Shown here one piece after another: positions 20,725-31,225 of a stretch of 63,560 bases of DNA. Numbering within the stretch: the stretch's first letter is position 1; each line of letters starts with the position of its first letter. The position numbers and the translations under genes were made by a program. Source of the DNA: Chitinophagaceae bacterium (lineage in GTDB: Bacteria > Bacteroidota > Bacteroidia > Chitinophagales > Chitinophagaceae). The stretch lies in contig JBKJIX010000022.1 of the NCBI GenBank assembly GCA_046598205.1, forward strand, positions 1 through 63,560, written 5' to 3'. The notes beneath the pieces are model-generated. The model worked only from the letters and a program-made list of their open reading frames with translations. It was not told where the DNA came from and searched no databases.

Positions 20725-22752
20725 TTAATCGGGCTTTTTCCCTTCTAAAAAAGTGTTGATAGTGCTGATTTGTGTTTGATTGTTTTGGTCAGTCTTGACC
20801 TCGTAGCTGCTATAGAAGTTTTCTACATGGCTGTTGTTGTTATACAATTCCATGTTGCGGCGGATATAAGCCGGCACAGTTTCAAACTCATTATTGGGGT
20901 CAGCAGCGTTAACGTTGAAAGACAAGTTTCGCAACTTGTGCAATCTCTCTGCCGCCCTACGTTTTTGTTCTTCGGTTTCGTCCTGCATCGCAGAATCCTC
21001 AACCTCGGGAAACAAAGGTGTCTGAGCCTGATGGGCCAACGGCATATCCGCCGCAGGAATGTCATCCCTCTCAACTATCTGCATTTGCAAATCGAGGAGT
21101 TCATCCTCTTCATTGCTGGCAGATATGGGAGGGACCGGTTTCTCGGCAGAAGTCATTGGGGTAACGACCCCTGTTTTAGATTCTGCGTAGATATTGGACG
21201 GTCTGGCCAGATAACCACCCGAAGCTGCAGGCAACGGGCTTGTACTAGTACTATCTTTAATGCTGCTTATCAGCTCAGCATCTTTTTCTTTGATTGATTG
21301 CTGCATCGAAATTATACTATCGCTTTTCCCTACAGTTGACATTTTGCTCACAGTAGAATCACCTGTCCTGGCTAACGTAGTTTTACTAAGTAGTTTTTCA
21401 TCTTCTTGTATTGCCTTTTCACCGGCGCCGGATTGCAGCTCAAAATGAATGGTAACCGGCTCTTCTTCCTGTTTAATATCAGAGAAATCAATAACAGGGG
21501 CTTGTATCATTGGGAACCCGATAGCTATCGGGTCTTCTACTAATGTTGGCATCAGGTAATCAGTCCTATCCCCCAGCCCCTCTTCTTCAGAGATAGCAGC
21601 TGTGGCAGTTTTCAACTCTTCTTCTGCCGACTCCATCTCATTTTCCAGAGCCGCACATAGCCCGGTAGCTAACGGATCCATTTTAACGACACGTGGCAGC
21701 AATTCTTCAACTTTTGCCAACACCATTACGATCTTTTCTTCTGGTTTTGGCTCTTCCTTCTTTACTATTGGTTTTGCAAACGGATCTTTATGCTCAAAAC
21801 CAGTTGCGATTAAGGTAATACCGATACGATCGCCGAGTGTGCTGTCGTATCCCATCCCAAGAATAACATCCGTGTTCTCCCCTGCCTGGTTCAGTAAATA
21901 GTTTTGAATTATTTCTACTTCATCCATGGTAAACTCATGTTCACCGGCAGCTGAATTAATATTAATCAATATCCATTTAGCTCCTTTAATATCATTGTCA
22001 TTCAGCAATGGAGAATTCATCGCTTCTTCAATTGCCTGCTGTGCCCTGTTCTCCCCTGCTGCTTCTGCATTACCCAATATCGCTACACCGCCATTACGCA
22101 TTACTGTACATACATCGGCAAAGTCAACATTGATCTGGCCGGTACTATTGATAACATCAGTAATACATTTAGCGGCTGTTGCTAATACATTGTCAGCTTT
22201 TTCAAATGCTTCCCGCATTTTTAAATTACCAAACTGGTGGCGTAGTTTATCATTGCTGATCACCAGCAACGTATCTACATATCCTTTTAATATTTTTATT
22301 CCTTCTTCTGCCTGTTGCTGACGTTTCTTTCCTTCGTAAGCAAAAGGAGTGGTAACGATACCGACAGTCAGAATACCAAGGTCTTTACAAATTTTGGCAA
22401 TGATAGGTGCACCACCGGTACCAGTGCCACCACCCATTCCTGCGGTGATGAAAGCCATCTTGGTGTTTACTTCCAGTATGCGTTTTATTTCTTCGAGTGA
22501 TTCCTCCGTTGCCTGGCGGCCAATGTCAGGATTGGCACCGGCACCCAACCCTTGTGTAAGGTGCGGCCCAAGTTGTATCCTGTTGGGTATGCCACTATTG
22601 GCTAATGCCTGTGCATCTGTATTACATATAATAAAGTTGACACCATCTATTTCCTGGCTAAACATGTGGTTAACTGCATTACCACCACCGCCACCTACTC
22701 CTATTACTTTCAGGATAGATGATTTTTCTTTTGGCAAATCGAAATGTATCAT
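20725..22752 (-). CDS. ftsZ: Cell division protein FtsZ with long acidic linker
   Basis: GVGGGGGNAV, GMGGGTGTG tubulin signature, INVDFADV, C-terminal VPAYIRR. Confidence 0.98.
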   Translation of the reverse strand: MIHFDLPKEKSSILKVIGVGGGGGNAVNHMFSQEIDGVNFIICNTDAQALANSGIPNRIQLGPHLTQGLGAGANPDIGRQATEESLEEIKRILEVNTKMAFITAGMGGGTGTGGAPIIAKICKDLGILTVGIVTTPFAYEGKKRQQQAEEGIKILKGYVDTLLVISNDKLRHQFGNLKMREAFEKADNVLATAAKCITDVINSTGQINVDFADVCTVMRNGGVAILGNAEAAGENRAQQAIEEAMNSPLLNDNDIKGAKWILININSAAGEHEFTMDEVEIIQNYLLNQAGENTDVILGMGYDSTLGDRIGITLIATGFEHKDPFAKPIVKKEEPKPEEKIVMVLAKVEELLPRVVKMDPLATGLCAALENEMESAEEELKTATAAISEEEGLGDRTDYLMPTLVEDPIAIGFPMIQAPVIDFSDIKQEEEPVTIHFELQSGAGEKAIQEDEKLLSKTTLARTGDSTVSKMSTVGKSDSIISMQQSIKEKDAELISSIKDSTSTSPLPAASGGYLARPSNIYAESKTGVVTPMTSAEKPVPPISASNEEDELLDLQMQIVERDDIPAADMPLAHQAQTPLFPEVEDSAMQDETEEQKRRAAERLHKLRNLSFNVNAADPNNEFETVPAYIRRNMELYNNNSHVENFYSSYEVKTDQNNQTQISTINTFLEGKKPD

Positions 22753-22861
22753 AAGAAATTGTTTTTGTAATGAATTAGTTATATACGTTAATCGTTGTTA
22801 GTTGACCGATGTCCGTCTTCCCTTACCGAACAACAATCATCGGCAAGCGGTCAACCTTTTC

Positions 22862-24238
22862 TTATAGTTTTTTATCTTCTTCTTCTTTGAACAAATCAAT
22901 GATGCCATCTTTGAATTTGCCCCAGAAGCCAGTCAGATTTTTTCTTCTCGTTACTTCTTTTTCACTTACTTCTACTTCTATTATTTCTATCGGTGCTTCT
23001 TCGGGTAAATTATTCTTCAATCCTTCCGGTACTTCTACTTTCCTGTATTCTTTTTCAAACTGTTTGCGGTTATGCTCATAGTCATCATACCCTTTCAGGA
23101 TAAGACCGATACAGGTGGAGTAAGTTGGTTTTGCTAATTCTTCAATGTGTCCACCAGCAAGATGTTCATTAGGGAAACCAATTCTTGCCGGTAAACCCGT
23201 TACATATTCTGTGAGTTGGATAAGGTGCTTTAGTTGTGAACCACCACCCGTAAGGATGATGCCGCCATTCAACATGCGGTTTTCCAAACCAACCTGTTTC
23301 AGATGATACGTAACAAAGTCCATTATCTCACTCATTCTTGCCTGGATGATGTTGGCAAGATTCTTTACACTGATCTCTTTGGCAGGCATTCCTCTTAATC
23401 CAGGAATGGTGATATAGGCATTTGATTTTGCTTCGTTGGCTAATGCACTACCAAACTGCACTTTCATCTGTTCAGCCTGTGTTTTCAATACGCCTAAGCC
23501 GGTTTTAATATCATTGGTAATATTCTCACCAGCAAAAGGAATAACAGCGGTATGTTTTAAAATACCTTCATAAAAAACAGCAAGGTCTGTTGTACCGCCA
23601 CCAATGTCAACAATGGCAACACCAGCTTCAAGGTCTTCTTGTCCCATAACAGCGGAAGATGAAGCCAATGGTTGCAACACTAAATCTTTTGTGCAAAGAC
23701 CAGATTTCTCTACACTACGGTTGATATTTTTTATCGCATTCTTATCACCAGTGATGATGTGGAAATTAGCACCAATCTTTACCCCGCCATAACCAATTGG
23801 GTTGGGAATGTTTTGAAAATTATCTACGGTGAACTCCTGTGGTATCACATCAATGATTTGATCGCCGGCAGGAATATATGTTTTATACTGATCATCTATC
23901 AGCTGGTCAATTTCTTTTTGTGTAATCTCTTCGTCTGTTTTTTGTCTTACAATATCGCCACGGGTTTGCAAACTTTTAATGTGGTGACCTGCAATGCCGA
24001 CATAGACATCCTTAATGTCTAAGTTTGGATTAGAAGCAAAGCAGTTATCCAAAGCACTTCTGATGGCTTTGATGGTTTCATCAATGTTCAACACTTGCCC
24101 GTGCTTTACACCGTTGGAATTGGATTTTCCAAATCCGAGTATTTCCAGTTTGCCGTACTCGTTTTTACGTCCGGCTATTACTGCAATCTTGGTAGTTCCA
24201 ATGTCAAGACCGACAATAATGGGTTGTTCGTTGTTCAT
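22862..24238 (-). CDS. ftsA: Cell division protein FtsA
   Basis: GLDIGTTKI, VDIGGGTTD, LTGGGSQL; upstream of ftsZ. Confidence 0.97.
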   Translation of the reverse strand: MNNEQPIIVGLDIGTTKIAVIAGRKNEYGKLEILGFGKSNSNGVKHGQVLNIDETIKAIRSALDNCFASNPNLDIKDVYVGIAGHHIKSLQTRGDIVRQKTDEEITQKEIDQLIDDQYKTYIPAGDQIIDVIPQEFTVDNFQNIPNPIGYGGVKIGANFHIITGDKNAIKNINRSVEKSGLCTKDLVLQPLASSSAVMGQEDLEAGVAIVDIGGGTTDLAVFYEGILKHTAVIPFAGENITNDIKTGLGVLKTQAEQMKVQFGSALANEAKSNAYITIPGLRGMPAKEISVKNLANIIQARMSEIMDFVTYHLKQVGLENRMLNGGIILTGGGSQLKHLIQLTEYVTGLPARIGFPNEHLAGGHIEELAKPTYSTCIGLILKGYDDYEHNRKQFEKEYRKVEVPEGLKNNLPEEAPIEIIEVEVSEKEVTRRKNLTGFWGKFKDGIIDLFKEEEDKKL

Positions 24239-24440
24239 AGTTGTTGTTTTTAGTTGTTATTTTTATCGAAATCGTTGTTTTTTCTTTACCCGCCATAATC
24301 TCGTTTATAACGAGACGAAGGCGGGTTTTTATTATTTTTTTACCAGCTTCAGTTCCTTGAGCATCGTCTGTTCCGCCAACTGGCGGACTATTCATCGTTC
24401 TGTAACCCGATAGCTATCGGGTGTATTCATCAAAACATTT

Positions 24441-24504
24441 CGCTCCTACGGAGCTCAGGAAAATTTCACCACCTTTTTCTACTAACATCCCGCCCCTCCG
24501 GGGC
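24441..24504. repeat. Pair of REP-like hairpins CGCYCCTMCGGRGC, 50 bp apart
   Basis: 24441-24455 and 24491-24504. Confidence 0.75.
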
Positions 24505-24520
24505 ATTCATTCACCACACT

Positions 24521-25684
24521 TTAGTTATAACCACTATTCGCATCTTCTGCCGACTTCTTTGGCATTACAGCTTTTGGCTCTTTCTTTTTCTTTTCCTTTT
24601 TTGGTTCATTCGTTTTTGCCGTCTTTGGCATATTTGTTTTTACCGGTTTCGGTTTATCCACCCGATCATCGGGTTTCTTATCAGCCGGTTTTGACAAAAA
24701 AGGTTTCAAAGGGTTGGGACTACTATTCTTCTCAGGGTTAATCTCTTTAGCATCCTGTAGGGTCGGGTCAACTGCAGTTTCCGAATCAGTTTCCAGTTTT
24801 ACAATTGGTGGCATTGCTCTTACTATTGTATCTCTCTCCGCTTCAATAGACTGGCGCAATAGTTTTTCTACATTCCTCCTCAACTGTACGGAATCAATTT
24901 TTGCATTGCCTGCATATTTTGATGCCACTACCTGTCCTTTATATTGTACATCTATTACTTTGTATTTATCAAACCCTGTTTTGCTTAATACCTGTTTGTA
25001 AAAAACCATGAGCCGATGAAACTTCTTGTCAATATTTTCTCCATTGCCCAGCTTCACTAAATGATTTCCAACAACAGGCACCATCTCAAAATTTCTTTCT
25101 GGTGTTATATCAATCTGTGCCACCTGCGACATCCAGAATGAATCATTGATAATAAAATTGGATGTCACTCTTATATCATTCAACAACACACTGTCGTTGG
25201 CCGTCAGTTTTTTCTTTTCAGGAAAGCCAGTGAATACAGGTACTCTTGCACTTAATTTATCTGACAGTGGCATTTTTCTTCCAAGGCTATCTATATAAAA
25301 TGAATTTCCTGCCGTAGTGAATACCCTGGCAACAGGTTCTTTCTCTGTTACTGATATATGTAATACATTCCGGTTATCAAAATAGAGTTCAGCTTCATCA
25401 ATCCAGGTATTATGCTCCAGCATTTGCTCCAGCTCATGCAGATTGAAAGAGGCGATTGGCTGGCCTTTGATATTTCCTTTTGTAGTTTTAACCAATAACT
25501 GCTCCACATCTTTCTGGTCAATAAAGAAATTATTCTTTGTACCTTTTAATGAAATGGTGTAAGCCGTACATTGGCCTTTATTCTTTTTACTGATAGCCGC
25601 CAGCAACAGGGTTAGCATTCCGCCACCGATGCACACCCACACAGCAACAAACAGTACTTTTCTTATGGTTGTTTTTGTGTTCAA
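24521..25684 (-). CDS. ftsQ: Cell division protein FtsQ/DivIB
   Basis: N-terminal TM, POTRA-like region, position between murC and ftsA; TTG start. Confidence 0.85.
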   Translation of the reverse strand: MNTKTTIRKVLFVAVWVCIGGGMLTLLLAAISKKNKGQCTAYTISLKGTKNNFFIDQKDVEQLLVKTTKGNIKGQPIASFNLHELEQMLEHNTWIDEAELYFDNRNVLHISVTEKEPVARVFTTAGNSFYIDSLGRKMPLSDKLSARVPVFTGFPEKKKLTANDSVLLNDIRVTSNFIINDSFWMSQVAQIDITPERNFEMVPVVGNHLVKLGNGENIDKKFHRLMVFYKQVLSKTGFDKYKVIDVQYKGQVVASKYAGNAKIDSVQLRRNVEKLLRQSIEAERDTIVRAMPPIVKLETDSETAVDPTLQDAKEINPEKNSSPNPLKPFLSKPADKKPDDRVDKPKPVKTNMPKTAKTNEPKKEKKKKEPKAVMPKKSAEDANSGYN

Positions 25685-25703
25685 TTTTTTTCTTTTAACA
25701 TGC

Positions 25704-25768
25704 CGCCCCTACGGGGCTTAAATACATTCTCTATCTTCTTTCTACTGACATATCGCCTCTACGAGGCT
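25704..25768. repeat. Second pair of the same REP-like hairpins, 50 bp apart
   Basis: CGCCCCTACGGGGCT (25704) and CGCCTCTACGAGGCT (25754). Confidence 0.75.
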
Positions 25769-25771
25769 TAA

Positions 25772-27283
25772 CTATATCCCTTTTAATTCATTTTTTATCT
25801 GTTCAACCAGCATATCAATATCTCCCGCCCCGGCTGTAATCAATATTTCTCCGAATTCTTTATTCAATGTTTTAGCATAATCATTCTTCACCCAGTTTAG
25901 CAACTCTTCTTTTGTCATTACTCTTTTACCGTGCCCTCCGGCAGGCAGGCTGTCCTTTCCCATTTTATCCAAAATCATTTCGCTGCTCACACCTTCTATT
26001 GGTAATTCCCTGGCCGGATATATTGGCAACAGAATTACTTCATCGGCCAGGTCAAGTACTTCTGCAAATCCATCGGTCAGGTCTCTTGTTCTGCTGTACA
26101 AGTGAGGTTGAAAAATCACTGTACATTTTTTTTGCCTGAACAAACTTTTGGCTCCTGTTATTAAAGCTTTCAGTTCTTCCGGGTGGTGAGCATAATCATC
26201 AACAAAAACTATCCTTTCGTTTTTAATGATGTACTCAAATCTTCTTTTCACACCCTTGAAATTCTCCACCGCCTCTTTGATTTTTTCGTTCTCAATTCTC
26301 AAAGAACTGGCTACTGCAATTGCTGCAACAGCATTTTCTACATTGTGCATCCCTCCCATATTCAGTTTCACATTCTCCAACTTATTATCTTTTATCACTA
26401 CATCAAACTCATAGCTTCCATTCATCATCCGTATATTGGCAGCATATATATCTGCACTTTCGTTTTGCAAACTGTAAGAGAGATAGTTCTGCGTTTTTAG
26501 TTCTTTAGTTCTCTCCAGCCCGAATTTGCCTATTACTACCCCACCTGCTTTTACTCTTTTACTAAAATCAATAAAAGCCTGTTCCATCGCTTCTGCCGTT
26601 CCATATATATCCAGGTGGTCGGCATCCATTGCTGTAATGATGGCCACATCAGGACTTAGTTTCAAAAAACTTCTGTCATACTCATCGGCTTCTATCACAC
26701 ATACATTTCTTACACTGCTCCAGAAATTTGTTCCATAATTCACTGCAATGCCTCCGAGAAAAGCATTACACCCAAATCCACTGTCCCTAAGCAAATGCGC
26801 CACCATCGTTGTAATCGTTGTTTTTCCATGTGTACCCGCAATACATATATTAAAAGAACTTTCGCTTATTATTTGTAATACATCACTTCTCTTTACCACT
26901 TTATATCCATTGGTTCTGTAATACACCAACTCCTCCTGTTCTTCCGGTATCGCCGGTGTGTAAACCACCAGGTCAACTTTCTTAGGAATCAAATCAACAT
27001 TTGCTGAATAATGAACAGCAATGCCGCTTGCTTCCAGTTCCTTTGTCAACTCCGTTTGTGTTTTATCATATCCACTTACTTTCACTCCACCAGCATGAAA
27101 GAACCTGGCGATAGCACTCATCCCGATTCCACCGATACCGACAAAATACACTTCACTTAACTTTTCAATTCCCCGAAAGGGGGTATTCATAAGGACAGTA
27201 TTGATACCCCCACCTCCGCCAACTGGCGGAGAGTATGGAGATAGTCTTCGTATCGGGTAGCTATTATTCAAATTCGAATTCAT
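25772..27283 (-). CDS. murC: UDP-N-acetylmuramate--L-alanine ligase
   Basis: GIGGIGMSA, GTHGKTT, EADEYDRSF, DDYAHHP; start uncertain because of a repeat-derived N-terminal extension. Confidence 0.95.
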   Translation of the reverse strand: MNSNLNNSYPIRRLSPYSPPVGGGGGINTVLMNTPFRGIEKLSEVYFVGIGGIGMSAIARFFHAGGVKVSGYDKTQTELTKELEASGIAVHYSANVDLIPKKVDLVVYTPAIPEEQEELVYYRTNGYKVVKRSDVLQIISESSFNICIAGTHGKTTITTMVAHLLRDSGFGCNAFLGGIAVNYGTNFWSSVRNVCVIEADEYDRSFLKLSPDVAIITAMDADHLDIYGTAEAMEQAFIDFSKRVKAGGVVIGKFGLERTKELKTQNYLSYSLQNESADIYAANIRMMNGSYEFDVVIKDNKLENVKLNMGGMHNVENAVAAIAVASSLRIENEKIKEAVENFKGVKRRFEYIIKNERIVFVDDYAHHPEELKALITGAKSLFRQKKCTVIFQPHLYSRTRDLTDGFAEVLDLADEVILLPIYPARELPIEGVSSEMILDKMGKDSLPAGGHGKRVMTKEELLNWVKNDYAKTLNKEFGEILITAGAGDIDMLVEQIKNELKGI

Positions 27284-28434
27284 TTTAAACTTGCCAATAC
27301 TTCGCTGGCAATCTTAACATCTGCGTCAGTTATTGCTAACGCTGCAATATTTTTTCTTAGTTCATCTTGTTTGCTTTCATCCATTGATAACTCAATTGTC
27401 ATGAACACCAGCTTTTGCATCACTTCATGATCCTTTACCATCAATGCTGCATTCTTTTTTACCAATTGCATCGCATTGACCATTTGATGATCTTCCGCAG
27501 CAAAAGGATAGGGTACGAACAGAACAGGTTTTTTAGCTACACATAATTCAGCAACAGTCATTGCCCCTGAACGGGCCACTACAATATCAGCAGCAGCGTA
27601 GGCATATTCCATTTGTGTAATAAAATCATTCACCCATACATTCTTATTTTCCACTGCCCTTTCAACTGCTTTTGCTGCATACGGTTTTCCTGTTTGCCAA
27701 ATTATTTGCAGCCCTGCATTCAATAAATTATCCAGCCCTTTATCAATGGCCCCATTAATGGATTTAGCACCGAGGCTGCCTCCAACAACAAGAACTGTTT
27801 TTTTAGTTTCATCCAATGAAAAGAATTCTATCCCTTCACTTCTTGTAATTGTTGCATCAGCTATAGAAGTACGTACAGGGTTTCCGGTAACTTTTATTTT
27901 ATCAGCGGGGAAAAATTTTTCCATTCCATCTGTACCAGTAAAAATTTTTGTCGCTTTTTTTCCAAGCATCATATTAGATTTTCCTGCAAAGGAATTAGAC
28001 TCATGAATAAAACTTTTAACTCCCGCTGCCTGTGCAAATCGTAATACCGGAAAACTTGAATAGCCACCAACACCAATTGCTGCATCAGGTTTAAATTTTT
28101 TAAAGATTGTTCGCACCTGCAAAAAACTTTTCATTAGCTTAAAAGGCAATCCTACATTTTTTATCAAAGAGCTCCTGTTAAATCCTGCTATATCTAATCC
28201 TTCGATCTGATAACCGGCTTGTGGCACTTTCTCCATTTCCATTCTACCTTTTGCGCCTACAAACAATATTTCGATACTACTATCAATCTTTTTCAACGCA
28301 TTCGCAATAGCGATTGCCGGAAAAATATGTCCGCCTGTTCCACCACCTGCTATTATCACTCTCTGCCCCCTGCGCCCCCTAAAGGGGGAATCAGAAACTT
28401 TATTATCATTAATACTTTCGCTCATACCAAACAC
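27280..28434 (-). CDS. murG: MurG glycosyltransferase
   Basis: GGGTGGHIFPA, HESN, GNPVR, GGSLGA, RSGA. Confidence 0.97.
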   Translation of the reverse strand: MFGMSESINDNKVSDSPFRGRRGQRVIIAGGGTGGHIFPAIAIANALKKIDSSIEILFVGAKGRMEMEKVPQAGYQIEGLDIAGFNRSSLIKNVGLPFKLMKSFLQVRTIFKKFKPDAAIGVGGYSSFPVLRFAQAAGVKSFIHESNSFAGKSNMMLGKKATKIFTGTDGMEKFFPADKIKVTGNPVRTSIADATITRSEGIEFFSLDETKKTVLVVGGSLGAKSINGAIDKGLDNLLNAGLQIIWQTGKPYAAKAVERAVENKNVWVNDFITQMEYAYAAADIVVARSGAMTVAELCVAKKPVLFVPYPFAAEDHQMVNAMQLVKKNAALMVKDHEVMQKLVFMTIELSMDESKQDELRKNIAALAITDADVKIASEVLASLK

Positions 28435-28437
28435 TCT

Positions 28438-29724
28438 TTATGCATCGCTGCCAACAGGCTGAATATTTGAAGATATTCCTTCCTGTTGCTCAACATTTCT
28501 TGATACACTTAATATAATACCTATTGCCAGGCAGGTAAATATGAAACTCGTTCCGCCCATACTTACCAATGGCAGTGTAACTCCGGTAACAGGGAATAAA
28601 TTCACTGTTACAGCCATATTTGCTACCGCCTGTATTGCCAGTGTAAAACTTAATCCTAATGCCAGGAATGCCCCGAAAGCATAAGGACATCGCTTATAAA
28701 TTCTGATACACCGGTATAAGAACACTAAATAGATGAACATAGTAAATGCTCCACCCATTAATCCATATTCTTCGATGATGATAGCATAGATAAAATCATT
28801 ATATGCCTGTGGTAAATAATCTCTTGTTGTACTGTTGCCGGGACCAACGCCAAATACGCCGCCTTTTGAAATAGCAATCTTTGCCTGGTTTGCCTGGTAA
28901 GCACCTTCATCTACTGCTTCTTTACTACCATACATAAAACTTTCCATCCTGCCTATCCATGTATCAACACGGCCAAACAATGTAGAAGAAGCTTTTGTAG
29001 TGCTGGCAATAACAACGTCTTCATTCTTCGTTTTTCCATGACGAATAATAGCAGCAGAAATCAGGAATAAAATCGGGATTAATGCCACCCCGATTGTCAA
29101 TAAAATATGTTTAGTGCTTACACGACCAATAAACATCAATAACAAACAACTTGCGCCAAGCAATAATGCTGTAGAAAGATTAGCCGGAGCAATTAATGCA
29201 CAGGTAATTACTACCGGAGCTATGATCGGTAAGTATCCTTTTTTAAAATTTTTTATTACATCCTGTTTTTTGCTTATTAATCTTGCGAGATACATAAACA
29301 ACGCAAGCCTTGCAAAGTCAGAAGTTTGCATCGTCATATTAATAAGTGGTAACCTTATCCAACGACTTCCTTCATTCATTTTTACACCAAAGAATAATGT
29401 ATAGAACAGAAGAGGTAGTGAAATCAGGAATGCAATTTTTGCAGCTCTTGAATAGAAAGTATAATTAACTAAGTGAGCAAAATAGATAACCATGATACCC
29501 GCCATAATAAAGGCAATCTGTTTAAAGAGATATACTTCTGTATTTCCCCGGTAATTTTTATATGCTAATGATCCAGTCGCACTATACACAGCCAGCAACG
29601 AAACCAATGTCAGCAATATCACCAATGCCCAAATAACCCTATCGCCTTTTGTTTTGCTGATAAGATTATTTGCATTAAAGGTATTTTTTAATCCTCCAAA
29701 GCGTATGTCTCTTGTTGCTTCCAT
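28438..29724 (-). CDS. ftsW: SEDS protein FtsW
   Basis: Multi-TM; GSRWI, LPQAYNDFIYAIIIEEYG, TGVTLPLVSMGG. Confidence 0.95.
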   Translation of the reverse strand: MEATRDIRFGGLKNTFNANNLISKTKGDRVIWALVILLTLVSLLAVYSATGSLAYKNYRGNTEVYLFKQIAFIMAGIMVIYFAHLVNYTFYSRAAKIAFLISLPLLFYTLFFGVKMNEGSRWIRLPLINMTMQTSDFARLALFMYLARLISKKQDVIKNFKKGYLPIIAPVVITCALIAPANLSTALLLGASCLLLMFIGRVSTKHILLTIGVALIPILFLISAAIIRHGKTKNEDVVIASTTKASSTLFGRVDTWIGRMESFMYGSKEAVDEGAYQANQAKIAISKGGVFGVGPGNSTTRDYLPQAYNDFIYAIIIEEYGLMGGAFTMFIYLVFLYRCIRIYKRCPYAFGAFLALGLSFTLAIQAVANMAVTVNLFPVTGVTLPLVSMGGTSFIFTCLAIGIILSVSRNVEQQEGISSNIQPVGSDA

Positions 29725-29729
29725 TTGTA

Positions 29730-31076
29730 TTATAATTCTTTAACTACTTGTTTAAACTGGTTACCCCTGTCTTCATAGTTTTTAAATAAATCAAAACTTG
29801 CACAGGCCGGGCTTAACAACACCACATCGCCCTTGGCAGCAAAATGAAATGCTGCATGAACTGCTTCTGCTGCTGTGGTTGTGTTTACGATTGTACTCAT
29901 CGAATTACCAAATGCTTCATGAATTTTCCTGTTGTCAGCTCCAAGGCAAATTATAGCTTTTACTTTCTCCTTTACTAATTCTTCAATCAGTGAGTAATCA
30001 TTTCCTTTATCTACACCGCCCAAGATTAATACAGTGGGCTTTGTCATGCTTTCGAGGGCATACCAGGTAGAGTTTACATTGGTGGCTTTGCTGTCATTGA
30101 TAAACTCAACGCCACGGATTGTTGCCACATGCTCCATCCGGTGTTCAAGTCCCTGGAAATCCTGCACGGCTTCCCTGATTTTATCCTTCCGGATATCCAG
30201 TGTCGTCGCTGCCACACAAGCTGCCATTGTATTGTATTGATTATGCTTTCCTTTTAAAGCAAAATCAAATACACTCATGTTTGTAAAATCCTGTCCTGTT
30301 CTGATGTACATGTCCCCGTCTTTAATAAATGCTCCATTTGGTAGTTCTCTTTTCATACTTATTGGCAGTTGGTTAGATTGAATATTGAATTGGTTTAGGT
30401 ATTTCATAGTTACTTCATCATCGGCGCAGTAGATGAAATAATCATCTTTCTGCTGATTCATTGTGATACGAAATTTACTGTTAATATAATTTTCAAATTT
30501 GTAATCGTAACGGTCGAGATGGTCTTCTGTAATATTTGTTAGTATGGCTATATCCGGTCTGAATGTTTTAATGTCGTCCAATTGAAAACTGCTTATCTCC
30601 ACCACATATAAAGGCTTCGGATCCTCTGCAACTCTTTTGGCAAATGAGTCACCAATATTTCCAACTATTGCACAATCAAGACCAGCTGTTTTACAAATGT
30701 GATAAGTCAGTGCAGTGGTAGTTGTTTTTCCATTGCTACCGGTGATAGCGATAATTTTACTGCTTCCTTTGAACCGGTAAGCCAGCTCCACTTCGCTGAT
30801 CACATCAATTCTTTTTGCCCTTACCTTTTTCACTATTGTTGCTTTCTCCGGTATGCCGGGGCTTTTCATCACTTCATCTGCATTCAGAATTTTATCTTCT
30901 GTATGCCGAGCTTCTTCAAAATCAATTCCTGCATTCTGCAACTCGTTACGATACTCATTTTTCAAAGAACTTTCGTCAGAAAGGAATACATCATATCCCT
31001 GTTGTTTCGCCAGCAGTGCAGCACCCACACCACTTTCACCACCACCTAATATGACAAACCTTTTTCCCATTCTCAA
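29730..31076 (-). CDS. murD: UDP-MurNAc-L-Ala--D-Glu ligase
   Basis: GSNGKTTT, EISSFQL, NDSKATN, LSPACASFD. Confidence 0.97.
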   Translation of the reverse strand: MRMGKRFVILGGGESGVGAALLAKQQGYDVFLSDESSLKNEYRNELQNAGIDFEEARHTEDKILNADEVMKSPGIPEKATIVKKVRAKRIDVISEVELAYRFKGSSKIIAITGSNGKTTTTALTYHICKTAGLDCAIVGNIGDSFAKRVAEDPKPLYVVEISSFQLDDIKTFRPDIAILTNITEDHLDRYDYKFENYINSKFRITMNQQKDDYFIYCADDEVTMKYLNQFNIQSNQLPISMKRELPNGAFIKDGDMYIRTGQDFTNMSVFDFALKGKHNQYNTMAACVAATTLDIRKDKIREAVQDFQGLEHRMEHVATIRGVEFINDSKATNVNSTWYALESMTKPTVLILGGVDKGNDYSLIEELVKEKVKAIICLGADNRKIHEAFGNSMSTIVNTTTAAEAVHAAFHFAAKGDVVLLSPACASFDLFKNYEDRGNQFKQVVKEL

Positions 31077-31225
31077 AATTCCGTGTACGGAACACGGCTC
31101 TTCACAAGTATTGGACTTTCAAATACAACTGCACCACAAATTCGATTGGATCAGAACGATAGTCTTCTAAGGGGTTTCGGAATCCTGTTGGTTTTTCAAC
31201 AATTATTTCTCAAAAGCAATTAGTC

